From: Candidatus Velthaea sp.
GTDB lineage: Bacteria; Vulcanimicrobiota; Vulcanimicrobiia; Vulcanimicrobiales; Vulcanimicrobiaceae
DNA: 12,426 nucleotides
Reading direction: 5' to 3'
Assembly: GCA_050012475.1 (NCBI GenBank)
Contig: JBEKHC010000124.1
Span: 1 to 12,426 of the forward strand
The notes under the pieces are model-generated. The model did not search any database. It saw nothing but the letters and a program-made list of their open reading frames with translations, and was not told the DNA's origin. A program made the position numbers and the translations under genes. Positions 1 to 7,003 of this stretch are shown piece by piece (position 1 is the stretch's first letter; each line of letters begins with the position of its first letter).

Positions 1-1110
1 TTTGAATCGCTCGAAGAACGAACGCTCTTCCACGTGGTCGCCGTTCTCGCTGGCGAAGGCTTCGAGCAGTTCGCGCTCGCGCTTCGAAAGCTTGGTGGGC
101 ACCACGACGTGCACGGTAACGAGCTGATCGCCGCGATTCGTGCCGCGCACGCTAGGCATGCCGCGGCCGCGCAGCCGGTAGGTCGACCCCGATTGCGTCC
201 CGGCCTGCAGGGTCAACGGAACGACGCCGTCCATCGACGGTACCTCGATCTCCCCGCCCAGCGCTGCTTGCGGGAACGAGATCGGGACGTCGACGTAGAG
301 GTCCATCGCGTCGCGGCGATACCGCTCGTGACGCTTGACCGAAAGATAGACGTACAAATCGCCGTCGGGACCACCGCGCGACCCGGCCTCGCCGCTGCCG
401 CTGATCCGAATCCGCGAACCGTCGTCGACGCCGGCCGGGATCTTCACCGACAGCGTCTTCTCCTGCTCGATCCGGCCGCGGCCGCGGCAGACCTGGCAGG
501 GCGAGGGGATCGTCTGCCCGTCGCCGCCGCACTTCGAGCAGGTGGTCTGGGTGACGAACTGGCCCAGCGGCGTCTGCCGGACCTGGCGCATCACGCCGGT
601 CCCCGAGCAGCGGTCGCAGGCGGTGATGAGCGTGCCCGGCTCGGCGCCGGAGCCTTTACAGGTGGCGCACGCTGCCAGATGATTGAACGAGATGTCGCGC
701 TGGGCGCCGTGAAATGCTTCTTCGAGCGTGATCTCGACGTCGTAACGCAAGTCGCTGCCGCGCGCCGGACCGTTGCGCCGGGGAGCCTGCGCCCCGCCGC
801 CGCGCGCCGCCCCGAAGAACATGTCGAAAATGTCGCCGAACCCTTCGGCCCCGCCGGCACCGCCGCCGAAGCCGCCGAAGCCGCCGTCGCCCACCCCGGC
901 GTGGCCGAAGCGATCATAATTGGACCGTTTCTGCGGGTCGCTGAGGACTTCGTACGCTTCGTTGATCTGCTTGAACTTCTGCTCGGCGGCGACTTTGTCC
1001 GAGTTGACGTCCGGATGGTGCTTGCGCGCCAACAGACGGTAGGCGCGCTTGATCTCGTTCTCGTCAGCGCCCCGTGCTATGCCGAGAACTTGGTAATAAT
1101 CGGTGGCCAT
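1..1110 (-). CDS. dnaJ: Molecular chaperone DnaJ (class A Hsp40), 3' end just outside the window
   Basis: Manual minus-strand translation from ATG at 1110: MATDYYQVLG...RKHHPDVN (J domain with HPD), G/F-rich linker with DIFDMFFG, four zinc-finger repeats (CATCKGSG, CDRCSGTG, CSKCGGDG, CQVCRGRG), IPAGVDDG and GDLYV. Ends at the edge with ...PTKLSKRERELL...SFFERFK and no stop in the window, which explains its absence from the ORF track. Confidence 0.97.
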   Translation of the reverse strand, partial: MATDYYQVLGIARGADENEIKRAYRLLARKHHPDVNSDKVAAEQKFKQINEAYEVLSDPQKRSNYDRFGHAGVGDGGFGGFGGGAGGAEGFGDIFDMFFGAARGGGAQAPRRNGPARGSDLRYDVEITLEEAFHGAQRDISFNHLAACATCKGSGAEPGTLITACDRCSGTGVMRQVRQTPLGQFVTQTTCSKCGGDGQTIPSPCQVCRGRGRIEQEKTLSVKIPAGVDDGSRIRISGSGEAGSRGGPDGDLYVYLSVKRHERYRRDAMDLYVDVPISFPQAALGGEIEVPSMDGVVPLTLQAGTQSGSTYRLRGRGMPSVRGTNRGDQLVTVHVVVPTKLSKRERELLEAFASENGDHVEERSFFERFK

Positions 1111-1118
1111 CGATCTAG

Positions 1119-2180
1119 TTATCGCAACTCTACGTCATCGAGATAAGCGCCGAGCGAGTCGGCGGTTCCTGAGGCGAGCGCCATCAGTCGCGCATACGGC
1201 ATGCGCCGCGGTCCGAGGATCGCAATCATCCCGATGCCGCGGTCGCCGAAGCGATAGGGCACGGTCACGAGGCTGCACTCGGCCATCGCGTCTTCACCAA
1301 GTTCACGTCCAATTTTTACGGTCGGAGTAGTAACATCGGCGTCCGGCTTGATGGATTCGGCCACCAAGTCGTACAGGGTTTTTTGCTCTTCGACGATGCG
1401 TAAGATCGAACGCAGTTTGCGCAGATCGTGAAACTCGGGCTGGTCGAGCAAGTTTTGGGTCCCGGATGCCGCCAGCTGCGGTTCCTCGCTCTGGCGGGCG
1501 TGCTGAAACGCCTTCGCGACGGCGGCGTACAGTTCGTCGCTGATCTGCAGTTCGGCCGCCACGGCGGCCAAGTCCGCTACCACGATATCTTCCATAATCC
1601 GGCCCGACAGCCGCGCGTTGAGGGCATTGGAGAGCCGGGTGAGATCGTCGGCCCGCACGTCGATATGCCACTCGACCGCCGTCTGCGAGGCCACGCCCAT
1701 CGAGGTGACGATGATGGTCAGCGCGGTGCGCGGCGAGAGCCAGATCATCTGGATATTTTTGAAGGCGTGCGTGTCGCGCGAGGGGGCCACGGCGAAAACC
1801 AGGTTCTTCGACAGCCCCGAGAGCATACGGGTGGTCTGCTCGATGACGTCGGAAAGCTCGCGGCTCGCGGCCCGGAACTGCTCGCGGATGCGGCGCGCGT
1901 CGTCGCTGGGCAGCGATTCGGCCGGCATGAGGCGGTCGACGTAGGTGCGGTAGCCGGCGTCGGAGGGGACCCGGCCGGCCGACGTATGCGGCTGAACGAG
2001 GTAGCCGAGCGCTTCGAGTTCGGCCATCTCGTTGCGAATGGTGGCCGAGGAAACCCCGAGGTTGTATTTGTGGGTGAGCGTGTTCGAGCCGACCGGTTCG
2101 GCGGTCGCGATGTATTCATACACAACCGTCGCCAGAATGAAGGCCTTGCGTTTGTCGAGCTCGTGTCTGTCGTTCATCAT
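1119..2180 (-). CDS. hrcA: Heat-inducible transcription repressor HrcA
   Basis: Signature YIATAEPVGS...VSSATIRNEMAELEALGYLVQPHTSAGRVPSDAGYRTYVD; C-terminal NLLDQPEF and ILGPRRMPY. Lies 8 nt upstream of dnaJ with a CIRCE directly upstream. Start is ATG 2180 or the adjacent ATG 2177. Confidence 0.97.
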   Translation of the reverse strand: MMNDRHELDKRKAFILATVVYEYIATAEPVGSNTLTHKYNLGVSSATIRNEMAELEALGYLVQPHTSAGRVPSDAGYRTYVDRLMPAESLPSDDARRIREQFRAASRELSDVIEQTTRMLSGLSKNLVFAVAPSRDTHAFKNIQMIWLSPRTALTIIVTSMGVASQTAVEWHIDVRADDLTRLSNALNARLSGRIMEDIVVADLAAVAAELQISDELYAAVAKAFQHARQSEEPQLAASGTQNLLDQPEFHDLRKLRSILRIVEEQKTLYDLVAESIKPDADVTTPTVKIGRELGEDAMAECSLVTVPYRFGDRGIGMIAILGPRRMPYARLMALASGTADSLGAYLDDVELR

Positions 2181-2184
2181 CCCG

Positions 2185-2211
2185 CTAGCAGTCGTGGCAC
2201 CCGACTGCCAA
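2185..2211 (-). promoter_or_regulatory. CIRCE operator (HrcA binding site), variant
   Basis: Minus strand TTGGCAGTC-GGGTGCCAC-GACTGCTAG versus consensus TTAGCACTC-N9-GAGTGCTAA: 7/9 match in each arm, exact 9-nt spacer, ends 4 nt before the hrcA ATG. Confidence 0.88.
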
Positions 2212-2222
2212 GATTACCCGTA

Positions 2223-2251
2223 AGCCTAACATCATGCCGGCATGGGGTCAA
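2223..2251 (-). promoter_or_regulatory. sigma70/sigmaA-type promoter of hrcA-dnaJ
   Basis: Minus strand TTGACC (2251-2246), 17 nt, then TAGGCT (2228-2223), preceded by an extended -10 TGn. Predicted start ~2216, just upstream of the CIRCE. Confidence 0.7.
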
Positions 2252-2292
2252 GTTATGCAGGGCCGGCTCGCAGAGGAGAAAAGCTGCTGCAA

Positions 2293-4209
2293 GTGAGCGA
2301 TTCCCCCCGAACCGAGCCGATCGAGCCCTCTCTTGCCGCCGTTCGCACCTTTCCGCCGCCGGCGGAGCTGGCGCGCGAAGCCAACGCGAAGCCCGGGATC
2401 CACGCTTTGGCTGCTGCCGATCCGCTCGCATTTTGGCGCTCGTGGGCCGACCGGCTCGCCTGGAGCATTCGGCCCCAGCGCGTGCTGGATTGGGACGAAC
2501 CGTTTGCCCGCTGGTTCGCCGACGGCGAACTCAACGCTTCGGTCAACGCGCTCGACCGCCACATCGCGGCCGGCAAAGCCGCCAAAGTCGCGTACTACTT
2601 CGAGGGTGAGGGCGGCGACCGCCGGGCGGTCAGCTACGGGGAATTGCTCGACGACGTGGGCCGGCTCGCCAACGGCCTGCGCGCCCTGGGGGTCACGAAA
2701 GGCGACCGCGTCGCGATCTATCTGCCGATGATCGTCGAGCTGCCGGTGGCGATGCTGGCGTGCGCACGAATCGGCGCTGCGCATTCGGTGATCTTCGCCG
2801 GCTTCGCACCCGAGGCGGTGGCCGAGCGGGTGAACGACGCGCAGTGCGTCGCGCTGATCACCGCGGACGCCGGGCGGCGCGGCGGCGAGCGGATCCCCCT
2901 CAAGCACAACGTCGATCAGGCCTTCGCCAAGGGGATGCCGTCGCTGCGGCACGTGATCGTCGCGAACCGGGTCGGAGAGCCGGTGCCGATGGTGGACGGC
3001 CGCGACCATTGGTGGTCCGACATCGTGCGCGACGCGTCATCGATCTGCGCCCCCGAACCGATGAACGCCGAGGACCTCCTGTTCGTGCTCTACACCTCGG
3101 GCACGATGGCCAAGCCCAGAGGGATCATGCACACCACGGGCGGCTACCTCACCGGGGTGACCGCAACGCTGGACTTGGTGTTCGACCTCAAGCCCGGCAC
3201 CGACGTCTACTGGTGCGCGCAGGACATCGGCTGGATCGCCGGCCACTCCTACGGCGTCTATGGACCGCTCTGCAACGGCGCGACGAGCGTGCTGTACGAA
3301 GGCGCGGCGGACGTTCCGGGTCCTGACCGGACGTGGGCGATCGTCGAGCGCTACGGCGTCACGATCCTGTACACCACGCCGACCGCGATCCGCACGTTCC
3401 GGCAATGGGGCGCGGCGTGGCCCAATCAGCACGATCTGCGGTCGCTGCGCCTCCTGGCTTCGGTCGGCGAACCGATCGGCCCCCAAACCTGGCTGTGGTT
3501 TCACGACGTGATCGGCGGCGGCCGCTGCCCCGTCTTGGACACCTGGTGGCAGACGGAAACCGGCGCGATCGCGATTGCACCGCTGCCGGGCGTCAACACG
3601 CTCAAGCCGGGTTCGGCGTCGCAGCCGTTCCCGGGAATGAGTGTCGACGTGCTCGACGGCAGCGGCGAACCCGTGACCCAATCCGATGACGGCTTCCTGG
3701 TTCTCACGCGGCCTTGGCCGGCGATGCTGCGCGGCATCTACGGCGACCCCGAGCGCTATGCGAACAGCTACTGGTCGCTATTCGACCATGTGTATCTGAC
3801 CGGCGACGGCTGCCGCCGCGATGCCGACGGCGACTTCTGGTTGGGCGGACGCATCGACGACGTGATGAACGTGAGCGGGCACCGCATCTCGTCGACCGAG
3901 ATCGAATCGGTTCTCCTCGAACACGAATCGGTGCTCGAAGCAGCCGTCGTCGGAAAAATCGACGGATTAACCGGCCAATCGATCGCGGCATTCGTCACGG
4001 CGCGGCGCCAGGTCGAGGGCACCGAAGCGCTCGGAGCGCAACTGCGCGAGCGGGTCGCCGAAAAGCTGGGTACCTTCACCTCGCCCCAATCCGTCACGTT
4101 CACGGCGGGACTGCCCAAGACGCGGAGCGGCAAGATCATGCGCCGGCTCCTGCGCGACATCGCCGAAGGGCGGACGCCCCCGCCTTCTCAAACGTCAGAG
4201 GAGAAGTAA
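2293..4209 (+). CDS. acs: Acetate--CoA ligase (acetyl-CoA synthetase) family protein, atypical
   Basis: WFADGELNAS, MLACARIGAAHSVIFAGF, YTSGT..KPRG, VGEP, DTWWQTETG, GRIDDVMNVSGHR, LPKTRSGKIMRR. GTG at 2293 (AGGAGA ~13 nt upstream) is preferred over the track ATG at 2242, which lies inside the hrcA promoter; start uncertain. Confidence 0.9.
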   Translation: MSDSPRTEPIEPSLAAVRTFPPPAELAREANAKPGIHALAAADPLAFWRSWADRLAWSIRPQRVLDWDEPFARWFADGELNASVNALDRHIAAGKAAKVAYYFEGEGGDRRAVSYGELLDDVGRLANGLRALGVTKGDRVAIYLPMIVELPVAMLACARIGAAHSVIFAGFAPEAVAERVNDAQCVALITADAGRRGGERIPLKHNVDQAFAKGMPSLRHVIVANRVGEPVPMVDGRDHWWSDIVRDASSICAPEPMNAEDLLFVLYTSGTMAKPRGIMHTTGGYLTGVTATLDLVFDLKPGTDVYWCAQDIGWIAGHSYGVYGPLCNGATSVLYEGAADVPGPDRTWAIVERYGVTILYTTPTAIRTFRQWGAAWPNQHDLRSLRLLASVGEPIGPQTWLWFHDVIGGGRCPVLDTWWQTETGAIAIAPLPGVNTLKPGSASQPFPGMSVDVLDGSGEPVTQSDDGFLVLTRPWPAMLRGIYGDPERYANSYWSLFDHVYLTGDGCRRDADGDFWLGGRIDDVMNVSGHRISSTEIESVLLEHESVLEAAVVGKIDGLTGQSIAAFVTARRQVEGTEALGAQLRERVAEKLGTFTSPQSVTFTAGLPKTRSGKIMRRLLRDIAEGRTPPPSQTSEEK

Positions 4210-4243
4210 CGCTGGCGGTCCGGCCGCCCGGCGGGGAGACGTT

Positions 4244-5353
4244 TTGTACGACTATTTGATCGTCGGCGCGGGATTGGCCGGTGCGACCCTGGCGGAACGG
4301 CTGGCCACGCGGCTGCGCGCGCGTGTCCTGTTGATCGATCGGCGCGACCACATCGGCGGGAACTGCTACGATCCCATCGACGCCGACGGGTTGCGCTATC
4401 ACCGCTACGGGCCGCATATTTTCCACACCAATTCGAGCGAGGTGGTGGCATACCTGAGTCAATTCACGGCCTGGCGGCCCTACGAGCATCGGGTGCTCTC
4501 GCGCGTGGACGGTCAGTTGCTCCCGCTCCCGATTAACCGGACCACGATCAATCGGCTCTACGGCTTGGACCTGGATCGCGCCGGGCTCGGAGCGTTTCTG
4601 CGCGCGCGGGCGATTCCGAGCCGGCATATCGACAGCTCGGAGAAGCTGATCCTCTCCCGGGTCGGGCGCGAACTCTACGAGCTGTTCTTTCGCGGCTACA
4701 CCCGCAAGCAGTGGGGGCTCGATCCCGCCGAACTCGACGCGACCGTTTGCGGGCGCATCCCGACCCGCTCGAACGACGACGATCGCTACTTCGACGATGC
4801 ATTCCAAGCGATGCCGGCCGACGGTTTCAGCGCGATGTTCGCCCGCATGACGGCCGACCCGCGCATCGAGATCGTCACCGGACACGACTATCGATCGATC
4901 GCCGACCGCGCGTCATTCAAGCGGGTGATCTTCACCGGACCGATCGACGAGTTTTTCGAGCACCGCTACGGCCGGCTGCCGTATCGCTCGCTCGAATTCG
5001 AGTTTGCGACGCTGGACCGGGAATGGGCGCAGGGCGCCGGCTGCGTGAACGAGCCCAGCGAAGCCGTTCCCTTTACGCGAACCACCGAATACAAGCATCT
5101 CACCGGGCAGAAGCACGCCAAAACGATCGTTTCGCGCGAATTTCCGCAGGCTCAGGGCGATCCGTACTATCCGATTCCCCGGGCGGATAACCGCGCGCTC
5201 TACGAGCGCTACCGCAAACTCGCCGCGCGTGAAACGCACGTAACATTCGTCGGGAGGTTAGCGGAATACCGTTACTACAACATGGATCAAGCGGTCGCGT
5301 CGGCGCTCATGAAATTCGAGGCGCTTGCGGCGGTGGCTCAGATTGCGTCGTAA
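4244..5353 (+). CDS. glf: UDP-galactopyranose mutase (FAD-dependent)
   Basis: YDYLIVGAGLAG Rossmann motif, HIGGN, HRYGPHIFHT, YTRKQWG, DRYF, PYYP, GRLAEYRYYNMDQ. TTG start with GGGGAG RBS 5 nt upstream. Confidence 0.95.
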   Translation: MYDYLIVGAGLAGATLAERLATRLRARVLLIDRRDHIGGNCYDPIDADGLRYHRYGPHIFHTNSSEVVAYLSQFTAWRPYEHRVLSRVDGQLLPLPINRTTINRLYGLDLDRAGLGAFLRARAIPSRHIDSSEKLILSRVGRELYELFFRGYTRKQWGLDPAELDATVCGRIPTRSNDDDRYFDDAFQAMPADGFSAMFARMTADPRIEIVTGHDYRSIADRASFKRVIFTGPIDEFFEHRYGRLPYRSLEFEFATLDREWAQGAGCVNEPSEAVPFTRTTEYKHLTGQKHAKTIVSREFPQAQGDPYYPIPRADNRALYERYRKLAARETHVTFVGRLAEYRYYNMDQAVASALMKFEALAAVAQIAS

Positions 5354-5495
5354 AACGGGCATTTGGGCTCGTCACGGACGCGCGTTCAGATATCGTTATA
5401 TCTGTTCGTGACTCCCCACGGATGAACCGATAGTACAAGCAAGAGGTACAAACGGGCGTCCCGGACCGGACGGGCTCAGGTAAGGATGGTGTCGG

Positions 5496-6857
5496 ATGAA
5501 TGATGCGCGAAAAAAATACTTCCAGAAATTGCGCACCGCGGAATTGGTTGTTGCGAAGATCAAATCGGGCGACCGGATCTTTTTCGGGGAATTCGTCCTG
5601 CGCCCGGAATGCCTCGACGAAGCGCTCGCTAAGCGAGCCTCCGAGTTAACAAACGTTACGGTCGAGGCCGTCTGCATCACCACGATGCCCAAGTTCATCG
5701 AGGCCGACCCCTACCGCGAGCATTTCATCTACAACGACTGGCACTTCTCGGCCCTCAGCCGCAAGCTCTCTGCCCGCGGCCTGTGCGACTACATTCCGAT
5801 GACCTACCACCAAGGTCCGCGAATCGTGCGCAAGTACCAGACCTACGACTACGTTTTCGTCAGCGCCCGGCCCATGGACGCGCAGGGCTACTTCAACTTC
5901 GGTCTGGCCAACTCGATCACGTCGGCCGCCATCACCAAGGGCAAAAAAGTCGTGGTCGAGATCAACGAGTCGCTGCCGCATTGCCTGGGCGGAAATCAGG
6001 AGTCCGTCCACATCTCGCGGGTCGACTACATCGTCGAGGGCCGCAACACGCCGCTGCTGGAGATTCCGGCCGCCGCCCCGTCCGCCGTGGACGCGCTGAT
6101 CGCCGAGCAGATCATGAAAGAGATCGAGGACGGGGCTTGCCTGCAGTTGGGCATCGGCGGCTTGCCCAACGTCATCGGCTCGATGATCGCCGCAAGCGAC
6201 CTCAAGGATTTGGGCGTTCACACCGAGATGCTCGTCGATTCGGTCATCGATCTCTACGACGTCGGCAAAGTCACCGGCAACAGCAAGACAGTCGATCGTT
6301 TCAAAATGGTCTACACGTTTGCGATGGGCACCAAGAAGCTCTACGAGTTCCTCGACAACAATGCGGCCTGCGCGTCGTACCCCGTCAACTACACCAACGA
6401 TCCGCGCGTGATCGCGATGAACTCCAAAGTCGTCGCGGTCAACAACGCGATCGAGATCGATCTGTTCAGCCAAGTCTGCTCGGAATCGGCCGGCACCGCT
6501 CAGATCTCGGGCACCGGCGGACAGTTTGATTTCATCTTCGGCGCGTTCAACTCGCATGGCGGCAAAGGCATCATCGGGCTGAGCTCGACGTTCACCGACA
6601 AGCAGGGCAAGGTCCACTCGCGCATCGTGCCGACGCTGCAGCCCGGCTCGATCGTCACCCTGCCGCGCTCCATCGTGCAGTACGTCGCAACCGAGTACGG
6701 CATCGTTCAGCTCAAGGGGAAGTCGACGTGGGCACGCGCGGAGGCGCTCATCGAGATCGCGCACCCCGACTTCCGTGACGAGCTCGTCGCCCAAGCCAAA
6801 GAGATGAAGATCTGGCGCGAGCAAAACAAGCACGACGCCGACCTCATCGTGGCTTAA
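5496..6857 (+). CDS. Acetyl-CoA hydrolase/transferase family CoA-transferase, butyryl-CoA:acetate CoA-transferase (But)/4-hydroxybutyrate CoA-transferase-like
   Basis: GYFNFG, LQLGIGG, LGVHTEML (catalytic Glu), QISGTGGQFDF, SRIVPTL, VATEYG, IAHPDFRDEL. TAAGGA RBS 9 nt before the ATG. Confidence 0.9.
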   Translation: MNDARKKYFQKLRTAELVVAKIKSGDRIFFGEFVLRPECLDEALAKRASELTNVTVEAVCITTMPKFIEADPYREHFIYNDWHFSALSRKLSARGLCDYIPMTYHQGPRIVRKYQTYDYVFVSARPMDAQGYFNFGLANSITSAAITKGKKVVVEINESLPHCLGGNQESVHISRVDYIVEGRNTPLLEIPAAAPSAVDALIAEQIMKEIEDGACLQLGIGGLPNVIGSMIAASDLKDLGVHTEMLVDSVIDLYDVGKVTGNSKTVDRFKMVYTFAMGTKKLYEFLDNNAACASYPVNYTNDPRVIAMNSKVVAVNNAIEIDLFSQVCSESAGTAQISGTGGQFDFIFGAFNSHGGKGIIGLSSTFTDKQGKVHSRIVPTLQPGSIVTLPRSIVQYVATEYGIVQLKGKSTWARAEALIEIAHPDFRDELVAQAKEMKIWREQNKHDADLIVA

Positions 6858-6961
6858 CGCCACCTCACTTAACGCCACGCTTTCGCGCCTTGCCCGAATC
6901 CGTGGCGTTTAGGGCTGCGCCGCGAGCCGCGCGTGGCGTTTGGGGTTGCGCCGCGAGCCGC
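6853..6961. repeat. Compound intergenic repeat: 2x CTTAACGCCAC plus 2x 30-bp tandem unit starting with the complementary CGTGGCGTT
   Basis: CTTAACGCCAC at 6853-6863 and 6868-6878. Units 6901-6930 and 6932-6961 are 28/30 identical. AACGCCACG (6871-6879) is the reverse complement of CGTGGCGTT (6901-6909, 6932-6940). Confidence 0.85.
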
Positions 6962-7003
6962 TGTCCCGTCGTCATCGGTCGTCCGACAACGCGGACAACC
7001 TGC

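Noticed and set aside
844..900. GCCGAAGCC-type short repeats in dnaJ
   Set aside because: They encode the normal Gly/Phe-rich linker.
34..1146. 370-aa plus-strand ORF
   Set aside because: Codon-register antisense shadow of dnaJ; no motif of its own.
2212..2230. TTAGGCTTA as a DtxR-box half site
   Set aside because: No matching second half of the 19-bp palindrome; better explained as the hrcA -10 box.
1428..2609. 393-aa plus-strand ORF
   Set aside because: Antisense shadow of hrcA running through the regulatory region; typical of high-GC DNA.
5510..5516. A7 run (A AAA AAA slippery heptamer) near the start of the CoA-transferase
   Set aside because: Explained by Arg-Lys-Lys codons in an AT-rich 5' region; the gene is intact in frame 0.
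5646..6878. 410-aa minus-strand ORF, and similar long ORFs opposite acs, glf, dinG and add
   Set aside because: Antisense or off-frame shadows of well-supported genes.
6901..6961. 30-bp repeats as a CRISPR array
   Set aside because: Only two units separated by 1 nt; no spacers, leader or cas genes.
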